A stretch of DNA of 53,143 bases from a virus: the IMG/VR virus record IMGVR_UViG_3300045988_065744, one strand, 5' to 3'. Made by a program: the position numbers and the translations under genes. The notes below the pieces were generated by a model. The model saw nothing but the letters and a program-made list of their open reading frames with translations, was not told the DNA's origin and searched no databases. Positions 1-7,392 of this stretch are shown here, piece by piece; positions within the stretch are counted from its first letter, which is position 1, and each line of letters opens with the position of its first letter.

Positions 1-99
1 AGTATTTCAAGAAGTCTCTGGGCTTGCAGGTGAAGCGAAAGCAGGCAGCCCGCCGGAAAGCGGCGCTGGAAGCAAAGAAGGAAGCTGCTACAAAAAAAC
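1..99. repeat. Terminal direct repeat, copy 1 (identical to 53045..53143)
   Basis: agtatttcaagaagtctctgg...gctgctacaaaaaaac is present at both window ends, 99/99 identical by direct comparison. Confidence 0.95.
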
Positions 100-131
100 A
101 GTGACGGCAGAGCCGCAGGAGGGCGCAGAAG

Positions 132-614
132 ATGCGGATTGAAGATGCAAAAATGGTTTTGGACTACGCGGCGGATATCCAAAAGAAGCTGCGCACCATT
201 GCGGCAGAAAAAGACCTGCTGGAAGGCGATCTGAACTGTCTGCGCGGCATTGAGTACGGCGGAATGCCGCACGGAAGCGGACACAGCGACAGCACCGCAG
301 ACATTGCCCAGAGAGCCGAAGAACTGGGGAGCCTTGACCGTTTGCGGGAACTGGAAGTACAAGAAGTGGTGCTGCGTGGGGACTTTGCTGTGATCCGCGC
401 ACAAATCTGGTCACTAAAGACTGTGTACACAACAGTGATTTCGGAATTATGGCTGTGTGGCCACAGTTCGGAGGAAACGGCGCATAAAATCGGGTACAGC
501 GTATCGCACACAAAGCGGATAAAAGCAGAAGCTTTGGTGCGGCTTGCTGAAAGCCTTGACGATATGCCGCAGGCGGAAGAAATCCGTGCGCGTGCGTATA
601 ACGCGCGTAAGTAA
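132..614 (+). CDS. Putative late-gene transcriptional regulator (sigma-70 region-4-like HTH, RinA/ArpU-like)
   Basis: 160 aa, RBS gcaggagg. The C-terminal ELWLCGHSSEETAHKIGYSVSHTKRIKAEALVRLAESL looks like a sigma region 4 HTH. It is the last gene of the rightward early/middle operon. Confidence 0.45.
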   Translation: MRIEDAKMVLDYAADIQKKLRTIAAEKDLLEGDLNCLRGIEYGGMPHGSGHSDSTADIAQRAEELGSLDRLRELEVQEVVLRGDFAVIRAQIWSLKTVYTTVISELWLCGHSSEETAHKIGYSVSHTKRIKAEALVRLAESLDDMPQAEEIRARAYNARK

Positions 615-796
615 AGCACACCGGCTTAGAGAATGCAAACGCTGCACCCCCGGAAGGGTCTACGAAAAACGTGAAAGCATTTCACCTTCGCGCGTATGAT
701 ATAAAGGCAAATTAGGCCGGGAAAGCTTACGCGTATGTGAAACATTTCCGCGAAACGCAAAAACGCCGCTGGGAAACAAACACGAATACCCGAAAC

Positions 797-854
797 AATG
801 AAAAATGAGCAAAGAAATACCCGGCGGGCTGTATGGCCTACCGGGTATTTCTTT
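797..854. terminator. Bidirectional intrinsic terminator
   Basis: Perfect 14-bp stem aaagaaatacccgg (811-824) / ccgggtatttcttt (841-854). T-rich tracts follow on both strands. It abuts the stop of 853..1092(-). Confidence 0.6.
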
Positions 855-1092
855 ATTCGTCAATTTTCAAGACGTGGATCGTGGGCGGCTCTGGCGTCGT
901 GCGGTAGTAACGACCATCTTCGTAATTCAGGTCTGTCACATGATCCCACCACGAAATACAGCCGTGCTCCCGCTGGGCGCTCTCCATGGCTGCTTTTGCC
1001 TGCTGTTCGGTCAAACCATCGAATAATAACCGGCTACCGTCTGCAAAGCTGGCAACAAGTCGCCAAGGAGCGAAAACTTCACCTTCAATCAC
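853..1092 (-). CDS. Hypothetical protein
   Basis: 79 aa, GTG start preceded by aaaaaggag. Separated from the upstream leftward genes by a terminator. Confidence 0.5.
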   Translation of the reverse strand: MIEGEVFAPWRLVASFADGSRLLFDGLTEQQAKAAMESAQREHGCISWWDHVTDLNYEDGRYYRTTPEPPTIHVLKIDE

Positions 1093-1177
1093 AAAAACAT
1101 CTCCTTTTTACGCATTTTGTAAAGCATAGTTCAATTTCTGGCACGAAAAATAGAAAATTCGTTGATGAAAGTATAAC

Positions 1178-1205
1178 ACAAAAAGCCCCGGCGGGATACC
1201 GGGGC
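1178..1205 (-). terminator. Intrinsic terminator of the leftward operon
   Basis: Stem gccccgg (1185-1191) / ccggggc (1199-1205), followed on the minus strand by TTTTT (plus-strand A-run 1180-1184). Confidence 0.5.
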
Positions 1206-1213
1206 GAGTACGA

Positions 1214-1462
1214 TTAAAAGCAATAGGATTCTTTGCCCAGTGGGCTTTCAAATCCAAAACAAACGACAAAACCGTCGCAAGTTTGCTGAATCGTGTTCAG
1301 CTGATAGCTGTGCCCACAAGTATAGCTTGATTTCAAGCGATACTTGAAACAGAAGACGTCTTCACCCCGCCGCCATGCGAGCGCCAGTGAGCGCTTCAGT
1401 GCGCGGTCGTCCGGGAAAATGTGCTTTTTGCCAGAGCAGTCAACGAAAAATGGTTTAAACAT
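1214..1462 (-). CDS. Hypothetical protein (accessory island)
   Basis: 82 aa, AGGAGG RBS upstream of the ATG. Confidence 0.55.
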   Translation of the reverse strand: MFKPFFVDCSGKKHIFPDDRALKRSLALAWRRGEDVFCFKYRLKSSYTCGHSYQLNTIQQTCDGFVVCFGFESPLGKESYCF

Positions 1463-1517
1463 AACAAAAACCTCCTATTTCATGATGGAAAAGCCCACAA
1501 AAACGGGCGAGTTAAGG

Positions 1518-1787
1518 TTAGGCCTGCTCAAAGTGGGACATGGTGCGCCGGGAAAGCGCAAAAGCGATAGCGGGCACGTCGTCGTCCGTTTCGCTGACGG
1601 CCTTGATCGCTTCGGCAATGCGGGTCAGATCGTCAACCGTGATGCCGCCCGGTTTGCGGCTGGACGTGTCCGCGTCGGACAGGATGCGGTCATATTCTTC
1701 ACAATCGCAGCGGGTACAGTAGTCGTTGGCAATGCAGGCGTAGCGTGCGCCCTCAGCGTCAAGAATGCGGGTCTCTTTGAGTTTCAT
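1518..1787 (-). CDS. Hypothetical protein (accessory island)
   Basis: 89 aa, GGAGG RBS. Cys-rich centre CIANDYCTRCDCEEY. Confidence 0.55.
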   Translation of the reverse strand: MKLKETRILDAEGARYACIANDYCTRCDCEEYDRILSDADTSSRKPGGITVDDLTRIAEAIKAVSETDDDVPAIAFALSRRTMSHFEQA

Positions 1788-1946
1788 GTGGGATACCTCC
1801 GTGTTATGTATTATCGCTCGTCCCGGTAGGGATTCGAGTTTTTAGATTTGCCGGTCTTGGTATATAGATACCGGGGCCGGTGACGTGTTGCCATTGCGGG
1901 CTGGGATGGGGCTGCTTTACGGTGCAACCCCGTCAGAGTATCCGTT
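1788..1946. repeat. Intergenic GC-rich repeat, family A copy 1
   Basis: Core gggatggggctgctttacggtgcaaccccgtcagag (1903-1938). About 110 bp is alignable with copy 2. Confidence 0.8.
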
Positions 1947-2858
1947 TTACTGCTGGCCGTCCAGAACCTCCATGACGCGGTGGGCGGCATATTTGCCATT
2001 GTCGTTAAGCTGGCGCTGCCAAACGCCCTGCGACGGTGCCCACCTGAACCCGTTGCGCTTGAGAAGTGCTCTGGTTTCGTCGTCCGGCTTGCCGTCGAAC
2101 TGGAACTGAACACGCATTGCTTCAGCGTTTTCCCGGTAGGTGTAGCCGTCGTGCTCATCTTCCACGGGCTGCGCGGCTTTGGCTGCTTCCAGCTTTGCAA
2201 TACGGTCCTTTGCCCGCTTGATGCTGGCGTTGCTGTTTTGCAGTGCATAGGCGGGATAAGGGCAACCGTAGAGAGCCAGCGGAGAACCGCCGTTGAAAAC
2301 GTGGTCATTTTCAAGCCATGCACGTTCCTTGGCGGTAACGCCGGGGCAGCCGTCAAGCGTTTTGTGCTTGCGATAGTAGGCGTTCGCGTCTTTCATGGTC
2401 TGGTGCGCGGTTTGGAGCTGGTCGAGTTTTGCGCGGAGATAGTCCAGCGCTTCGGGATCGTCGGACTTGACAGCCAGCGTGTGCGCCCGCTTGAGCATCT
2501 GCAAATAGTGGTCAGCCTTGCGGAAGTTCTCGCGGTTCGCGTCCCACGCTGCTACCTGCTTCTCTTTCTTGCGAACAGGAAAGTTTGCGGGGCCGCAGAT
2601 GAGCACAGACGGGCAACGGGTCCCGATCTCGTTTTCACGGTTGATCGCTTCGGCCAGCACGGCGCAATAGCGGCTGTACAGCCATTCGGCCCGCTCCCGC
2701 TGGTCTGCGGTGGCGCACTTGGGTTTGACCTGCTCAAGGATCGCGGCGGCTTCGGCGCACTGGGCGTTGTAGCTGGCCGTTGCGCTTCCCTCCACATAGT
2801 CGGAGAAAGAAGACAGCTGTTTTGCAATGCGGGCGTTCTCTTCGTTGATGATAGCCAT
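1947..2858 (-). CDS. DUF3560-like domain protein
   Basis: Start moved to MAIINEEN (GGAGG RBS). The C-terminal RVQFQFDGKPDDETRALLKRNGFRWAPSQGVWQRQ matches my memory of the DUF3560 signature seen on conjugative elements and phages. Confidence 0.6.
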   Translation of the reverse strand: MAIINEENARIAKQLSSFSDYVEGSATASYNAQCAEAAAILEQVKPKCATADQRERAEWLYSRYCAVLAEAINRENEIGTRCPSVLICGPANFPVRKKEKQVAAWDANRENFRKADHYLQMLKRAHTLAVKSDDPEALDYLRAKLDQLQTAHQTMKDANAYYRKHKTLDGCPGVTAKERAWLENDHVFNGGSPLALYGCPYPAYALQNSNASIKRAKDRIAKLEAAKAAQPVEDEHDGYTYRENAEAMRVQFQFDGKPDDETRALLKRNGFRWAPSQGVWQRQLNDNGKYAAHRVMEVLDGQQ

Positions 2859-2994
2859 TGTGTAAACCTCCAAATATTCAGTTTTCAAAGCGTTTCGCTC
2901 GCCCTGGTAGGGCTTGCGGTTTTCGTGTGGCGGCCCTTGCGGGCTGGGACGGGGTCGCTTTACGGTGCGGCCCTGCTGAGGTGTCCGGGGCGGG
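2859..2994. repeat. Intergenic GC-rich repeat, family A copy 2
   Basis: Core gggacggggtcgctttacggtgcggccctgctgag (2946-2980), plus tattcagttttcaaa next to the RBS. Confidence 0.8.
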
Positions 2995-3495
2995 TCAGAT
3001 GATCCATTCGGCGTTGTTATATTCGGCGGCATTCTGGACAATGAACGCATACAGTGCACGGGAAGTGCCGGAAAGAGCTTTTAGAACGGGGTTGTTCCGG
3101 GTTGCATCTTCGTTGCACTGGTAGATGAAACTGTCCAGCAGCTTTGTGAATGCGTAAAAATCGCGGTCGATTGTATAGCGCCCTGCATTCCAGTCGAGAA
3201 GATGGAGCAGGTGCGGAAAGATGGCCGGCATGGTGGGAAAATCTTCGGCGTCGGCTGTCTCCAAGTGGTAGCGGCCAGTGTATGCGGCATCGTTCAGCTT
3301 GTAGAGAACGGCGTAAATCTTGCGGTCATCAAAGAGAAAGTCGTGCGGATATCGGCAGGCGCTCAGAGCGTCGGACAACTCCGGCAGCTCGTAGGATGCG
3401 GCAAGGTGGCACATACCGCCGGCCCCGTTGAGGATGAATGCCAGACCGTGAGCGACGGTGGCAATGTGCTTTTCGGAAAGTTGAATGCAAGACAT
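2995..3495 (-). CDS. Hypothetical protein (accessory island)
   Basis: 166 aa, GGAGG RBS. Confidence 0.6.
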   Translation of the reverse strand: MSCIQLSEKHIATVAHGLAFILNGAGGMCHLAASYELPELSDALSACRYPHDFLFDDRKIYAVLYKLNDAAYTGRYHLETADAEDFPTMPAIFPHLLHLLDWNAGRYTIDRDFYAFTKLLDSFIYQCNEDATRNNPVLKALSGTSRALYAFIVQNAAEYNNAEWII

Positions 3496-3533
3496 GGTAA
3501 AACCTCCTGTTATTCTGTTGTGTCTGGGCGTGG

Positions 3534-3609
3534 ACCCATGAGCGCCCGCCCCGGCGGGGCGGCTGGGCTTGCACCAGCGGCGGCGGGATGCCGTCGGCCT
3601 TGCGGGTCA
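3534..3609. repeat. Intergenic GC-rich repeat, family B copy 1
   Basis: 76 bp, 74/76 identical to 5169-5244. It ends on the stop codon (tca) of the upstream minus-strand gene. Confidence 0.9.
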
Positions 3610-4191
3610 TTCGGAAAACATTTTCTTGCAGAGCGTTTCAACCTCTGCGGTGGGCTTGATGGGCAGCATGATAACGGAAATCGTCGGATCGCTGGCGCTG
3701 ACAGCGTACACGGGGGAATAGCCGCGCGTCGTGCCGTGATAGGTGAATTGCACCGGGTTCACCATGCTGTCGTAGTCGGCATTTATCAAGATGGGCGTTG
3801 TCCCGATGTGGAAAAGCCTTGCAAGACCGCTCTTCTTTTTGCCGGTAGGGATGTCCTGCAAGAACGGCGTGCGCTCAACGGGCTTTTCGTTGGGGGCATG
3901 GCGCTTGAAGATGTCCACCAGATCCGGCGCGTTCTCTTCCACTTCAAAACCATACTGGGCGGAAATGATGGTCACGCCGTCGGAGGGGCATTCGCGGAAT
4001 GTCACGGGCTGGATCACGTCGGCATACAGGACAGAGGGCAGCTTGAACGCAGTGTATGCCGTGATGATATAGACCAAATCACCCCGGCGGGTGACGCGGA
4101 CGCCGCGCTGATGCTTCGCCTGCTCCTTGAGATAGGTTTGGATCGCCTTGACATTGAGACCGAACAGGGTGAAGTTGGTAGAAAGTTTCAT
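3607..4191 (-). CDS. Hypothetical protein (accessory island)
   Basis: Start at MKLSTNF (AGGAGG RBS), 194 aa. Confidence 0.6.
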   Translation of the reverse strand: MKLSTNFTLFGLNVKAIQTYLKEQAKHQRGVRVTRRGDLVYIITAYTAFKLPSVLYADVIQPVTFRECPSDGVTIISAQYGFEVEENAPDLVDIFKRHAPNEKPVERTPFLQDIPTGKKKSGLARLFHIGTTPILINADYDSMVNPVQFTYHGTTRGYSPVYAVSASDPTISVIMLPIKPTAEVETLCKKMFSE

Positions 4192-4292
4192 TGTATGATC
4201 CTCCTGATATTCAGTTTTCAAATTGTCCCGGCGGTGTGCCGGGTGTGGGGCGGGGCCGCTTTTCTGGGTGCGGCCCTGCTAGGGCATCCCAT
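4192..4292. repeat. Intergenic GC-rich repeat, family A copy 3
   Basis: tattcagttttcaaa plus hairpin gggccgc-ttttctgggt-gcggccc. Confidence 0.75.
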
Positions 4293-5141
4293 TCAGCAGA
4301 AAGAAGTCTGCTCGCAGTATGCCGGGGCGCTGTCTGCGCTGGCGGCGGGGGCTGCTTTGGGCTGGGGTTTTGCTTCGGGTTTCGGATCGGTGGCAGGTGC
4401 GGCGGCTGTGGCTGTCTGCTTTGCATCCTCTGCGGCCTTCCGGGCTTTGCGCCACTTTTCCAGCGCGGCAGCCTGTGCCGGGCGGTCATCTTCGGAAACT
4501 GCCATAAATTCCCGCTTTGCCTTGTCCGCTGCTTTTTTCAGATCGGCGGTGCTGGGGGAGTTAGTCTGCTGGGGAGCCGGTGCAGGCTGTGCGGTGGTCT
4601 GGGGCTTGTCCTGCCGGGCGGCAGCCTTGGCGGCTTTGCGCTGGTCTGCCAGCATCTTGTTATAAGCCCGGATGTCATCAAGGGACTTAAAGCGCTTTTC
4701 TGCGGGCTTCTTCGGTTCGCGCTTCTCAACCTGCCAGCGGCCGAACAAATAAGCCACTGTCATATAGTAATCGCCGCCGCCTTGCTCAGCGGCTGCCCGG
4801 GTCAGCGGGTCAGCGTCGGCGGGCAGGTCTTCGGGCTTGGGGCTGTCCTTGTACTTCCAGAGCTTGCAGCGGATCACGGCCTTTTCGCCGCGCTTGACGC
4901 TCAGCCCGCCGTTTCTGGGGCTTTTCCAGCCGTCGAACGTGTGGAAAAGAGCGGCGCACAAGTCGCCTTCTGCGATCTCCACCGGATCGGGTGCGGTGCC
5001 GTCTTCGCCCGGCTCCACGATGATCTTCGCAGCAGCGCCGGCGATTTCGGCGGCGGTGTAGTAGTGAACGGCCAGCTTGTGCAGCTGTTCGGGGGTGTAC
5101 TGGGCACAAACGGCGGTTGCAATAAGATCATTGTTTCTCAT
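4293..5141 (-). CDS. Hypothetical protein with Ala/Pro/Lys-rich C-terminal tail (accessory island)
   Basis: Start at MRNNDLIA (AAGGAG RBS), 282 aa. The low-complexity C-terminal third is KAAKAAARQDKPQTTAQPAPAPQQ... Confidence 0.6.
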   Translation of the reverse strand: MRNNDLIATAVCAQYTPEQLHKLAVHYYTAAEIAGAAAKIIVEPGEDGTAPDPVEIAEGDLCAALFHTFDGWKSPRNGGLSVKRGEKAVIRCKLWKYKDSPKPEDLPADADPLTRAAAEQGGGDYYMTVAYLFGRWQVEKREPKKPAEKRFKSLDDIRAYNKMLADQRKAAKAAARQDKPQTTAQPAPAPQQTNSPSTADLKKAADKAKREFMAVSEDDRPAQAAALEKWRKARKAAEDAKQTATAAAPATDPKPEAKPQPKAAPAASADSAPAYCEQTSFC

Positions 5142-5168
5142 GTTGTAAAACTCCTTTCGTGGGCTATA

Positions 5169-5244
5169 ACCCATGAGCGCCCGCCCTGGCGGGGCGGCTG
5201 GACTTGCACCAGCGGCGGCGGGATGCCGTCGGCCTTGCGGGTCA
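5169..5244. repeat. Intergenic GC-rich repeat, family B copy 2
   Basis: 74/76 identical to 3534-3609. It ends on the stop codon of 5242..5472(-). Confidence 0.9.
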
Positions 5245-5472
5245 AGAAAAGATGAGCGTTCCACGGGCCAAACGGGCGCGGACGGCGGCAAGACTCAGAT
5301 AGTCACAAGCGTTGTCCCATCCATCCCCACGATAGCCGCGAATGTAGGGGTAAAGTGTGACGGGGTTTGGAGAATCCCAGGCGACGGCGTGGTGAACGCA
5401 GCGCGTGTCATCGCTGACATAAACGGTGAGTCTGCCAACGGTGTGCATGGTGTAGGTTTTGCAGGTCTTCAT
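5242..5472 (-). CDS. Hypothetical protein (accessory island)
   Basis: 76 aa, GGGAGG RBS. Confidence 0.55.
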   Translation of the reverse strand: MKTCKTYTMHTVGRLTVYVSDDTRCVHHAVAWDSPNPVTLYPYIRGYRGDGWDNACDYLSLAAVRARLARGTLIFS

Positions 5473-5573
5473 GGTAAAGCCTCCCGTATTCAGTTCTCAT
5501 TATCCCCGGCGGGGTGCCGGGTGTTGGGACCGGGTCGCTTTACGGTGCGGCCCGTCAAGGTGTCCGGCTGGGA
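5473..5573. repeat. Intergenic GC-rich repeat, family A copy 4
   Basis: tattcagttctca plus core gggaccgggtcgctttacggtgcggcccgtcaagg (5526-5560). Confidence 0.8.
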
Positions 5574-5918
5574 TCAGGCGACGGCATCGGCAGCGCAAAA
5601 GCTGTGCGGGATTTCGGCGGCGACCTTTTCCAGCGTTTCGCAGTCGGTGTGATAGGATGGCTCCATATCGCCGGTGATCCGGTCGGTATGGTAGAAAGTC
5701 ACCTGCCAGCCGCCCGGGGTGCGGGTGCTGGGGGCTACAATGATCTGCCGCCCGGGGTAGGTGTACCGGGTGACGGTGTAGCGCCGCACCTGGGAGATGA
5801 TCGCGGCGGTGCGGGCTGCAAGGGTGCGCGCAAACTCGCAATCTTCGCGGTCATCAAAAAAGAGCTCTGCCGGGTCGCCGGTGACGTCAGGCAGCGGATC
5901 AAGCTGGTATTCCTTCAT
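5574..5918 (-). CDS. Hypothetical acidic protein (accessory island)
   Basis: 114 aa, AAGGAG RBS. Confidence 0.55.
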   Translation of the reverse strand: MKEYQLDPLPDVTGDPAELFFDDREDCEFARTLAARTAAIISQVRRYTVTRYTYPGRQIIVAPSTRTPGGWQVTFYHTDRITGDMEPSYHTDCETLEKVAAEIPHSFCAADAVA

Positions 5919-6032
5919 GCTGTAACACTCCTTTGCTCGTGGTGTACGTCCGTATAATCTCCCGACTGCTGCCGGGGTAGTGGGGCGGGGCTGCTTTACG
6001 GTGCAACCCTGCTAGAGCGTCCGCGCTGGGCG
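5919..6032. repeat. Intergenic GC-rich repeat, family A copy 5
   Basis: Core ggggcggggctgctttacggtgcaaccctgctagag (5982-6016). Confidence 0.8.
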
Positions 6033-6377
6033 TCAATCGATGCCGCAGCAGCTCCAAAAAGCGTCGATTACTCGATCATCGCTAAAATCATCAGGTGTGC
6101 CGTTTGCATCAATGACAAGCTGCACGCGGTCGAAGATGTGCAAATCGGTGTTGGCGTCAACGGTAAAAAACCAGTCGTCACCGTCGCCCAGGTCGCTGCA
6201 CCAGACCTGCACGCCGTCGCCGTCAGCGGTCATGCCCTGCACCTGCGCCGGGACGATGTAGCGGCCCAGCGGGCCAACAGTGTAGGGGCAGCCGGTCGCG
6301 GCGGCTTTCGGTGCGGCGCCTGCCAGGATGGCGGCGACCATTGCGGCGGTGGTGATGATCTTGTTGAGTTTACGCAT
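6033..6377 (-). CDS. Secreted small protein (signal peptide), first gene of the leftward operon
   Basis: Start at MRKLNKIITTAAMVAAILAGAAPKAAA (AGGAGG RBS). Hydrophobic N-terminus, then an acidic beta-rich region. Confidence 0.6.
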   Translation of the reverse strand: MRKLNKIITTAAMVAAILAGAAPKAAATGCPYTVGPLGRYIVPAQVQGMTADGDGVQVWCSDLGDGDDWFFTVDANTDLHIFDRVQLVIDANGTPDDFSDDRVIDAFWSCCGID

Positions 6378-6452
6378 GGTAAAATCCTCCTGCAATCGTT
6401 GGTTTTGTTCGGCTTGCGTCCGGCTGTCTGCCGTGGCGCTTGCTGTGGCATT

Positions 6453-6481
6453 ATCTTAGCATGACGGAATGCCATTGTCAA
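6453..6481 (-). promoter_or_regulatory. Near-consensus promoter of the leftward accessory operon
   Basis: The minus strand reads TTGACA (6481-6476), a 17-nt spacer, then TAAGAT (6458-6453). The spacer contains 13-mer repeat 1. Confidence 0.65.
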
Positions 6482-6555
6482 GCATGACGGAATGCAATCT
6501 ACTTTTTGCACAAAAACATGACGGAATGCTTGTGCATTTTTGCATGGCGGAATGC
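6460..6555. promoter_or_regulatory. Four direct 13-bp operator-like repeats CATG(A/G)CGGAATGC
   Basis: Copies at 6460-6472, 6483-6495, 6517-6529 and 6543-6555, lying between the divergent promoters. Confidence 0.7.
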
Positions 6556-6564
6556 AGGCTGATT

Positions 6565-6573
6565 TGCTATAAT
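6565..6573 (+). promoter_or_regulatory. Extended -10 promoter (TGCTATAAT) for the RHH regulator gene
   Basis: tgctataat lies 31 nt upstream of the ATG at 6604. The -35 is weak. Confidence 0.5.
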
Positions 6574-6603
6574 ATAATAAACGCGCGCGAAAGGGATGAT
6601 AAA

Positions 6604-6822
6604 ATGCCAATTTCAGAGAAAAAGAAAATCACAAATAGCCGATATATTGCAAAATGCGATTCAATCCAGATTCGCCCGCCGAAAGATCGCGGCGGAGAAA
6701 TCCGCGCCGCAGCTGCTGCCGCTGGGCAAAGCGTGCAGGCCTATATTTTGCAGGCTTGCGCCGAAAGAATGGCCCGCGATGGATTCACCCCGGCGGAATC
6801 TGGGGAAGAAGGGGGACTATAG
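6604..6822 (+). CDS. Ribbon-helix-helix (Arc/CopG-like) DNA-binding protein
   Basis: 72 aa. The pattern KKITNSRYIAKCDSIQIRPPKDRGGEIRAAAAAAGQSVQAYILQACAERMARDG (beta strand plus two helices) is typical of RHH regulators. Confidence 0.55.
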   Translation: MPISEKKKITNSRYIAKCDSIQIRPPKDRGGEIRAAAAAAGQSVQAYILQACAERMARDGFTPAESGEEGGL

Positions 6823-7010
6823 GGGGTTACTGGGGAGGCTATAGCTCACTAAGCTCTAGCCCTACACATAAAGCACTACCCGGTAAAGTGGAGAATCTGA
6901 CCCCTCCGACAACGGCGCAAAGTACCGCCTGGGAAAACAGTGAAACAGTACCCCCGGCGGCGTTCCGTGGAGCGGGGACAGGGCAGAAGATCACAGCAGC
7001 ACACAGCACA

Positions 7011-7060
7011 GCAGGCAGGACGACGCCACACACGGCGCGCCCTGCCTGCTTCTTTTTTCT
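7011..7060 (+). terminator. Intrinsic terminator after the RHH gene
   Basis: 9-bp stem gcaggcagg (7011-7019) / cctgcctgc (7041-7049), followed by ttcttttttct. Confidence 0.5.
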
Positions 7061-7345
7061 CCTGATCCACGCCCGCCGCCCTGCCTGATCCGCAGCACAT
7101 CGGGCACCAGCGCCCGCACTGATCCGCCGCGCTGGTTGCTGATCTGCCGCACAGACTGCACCGGATCACGCCGCCCGCCTGCCTGATCCATAGCACAGCA
7201 GACCACGCCGCCGCCCTGATCCACACCGGCAGCAGGTACCCGCCCGCCCTGCCTGCTTTCATGCCCTGGCACACAGCACAGCAGCCAGCGCCGCCACCAG
7301 CCGCCCGCCCTGACCAGCCCACCAGCCGCCCGCCCGACGAGGCCG
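7035..7345. repeat. C-rich non-coding tract with degenerate direct repeats (candidate cosB / terminase-binding sites)
   Basis: At least five copies of a CGCC(C/G)GCC(C)TG(CCTG)ATCC-like motif: 7071-7098, 7169-7199, 7204-7227, 7239-7260, 7298-7320. It sits directly upstream of the terminase genes. Confidence 0.55.
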
Positions 7346-7349
7346 CCCC

Positions 7350-7392
7350 GCGCGGGCGCGAGGTACTGCGCGCGCGCCCGCGCTAATTAGCG
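7350..7392. repeat. Inverted repeat plus 12-bp perfect palindrome (candidate cosN-like site)
   Basis: gcgcgggcgcg (7350-7360) pairs with cgcgcccgcgc (7373-7383). cgctaattagcg (7381-7392) is a perfect palindrome. Confidence 0.4.

Noticed and set aside
3202-5255. Plus-strand ORFs 3202-4665 (487 aa) and 4191-5255 (354 aa) across the leftward island.
   Set aside because: They are Gly/Ala/Arg-rich nonsense-like sequences with no RBS. They run through the intergenic repeats, and the repeated peptide MSARPGGAAGLAPAAAGCRRPCGS is just family B read as protein. The minus-strand genes have GGAGG sites and protein-like composition.
1788-6032. Considered whether the island repeats are a CRISPR array or integron attC sites.
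   Set aside because: The units are 0.25-0.9 kb apart and separated by real genes, so this is not a CRISPR array. I could not find the RYYYAAC/GTTRRRY boundary motifs or an integron integrase, so cassette attC sites are unsupported, although cassette-like exchange remains a hypothesis.
6876-7322. Minus-strand ORFs 6876-7322 and 6991-7272 in the C-rich repeat tract.
   Set aside because: They are artefacts of a stop-poor G-rich complementary strand. The sequence is repetitive (AGG/RGG-like) and there is no RBS. The region is better explained as a cos/regulatory DNA repeat.
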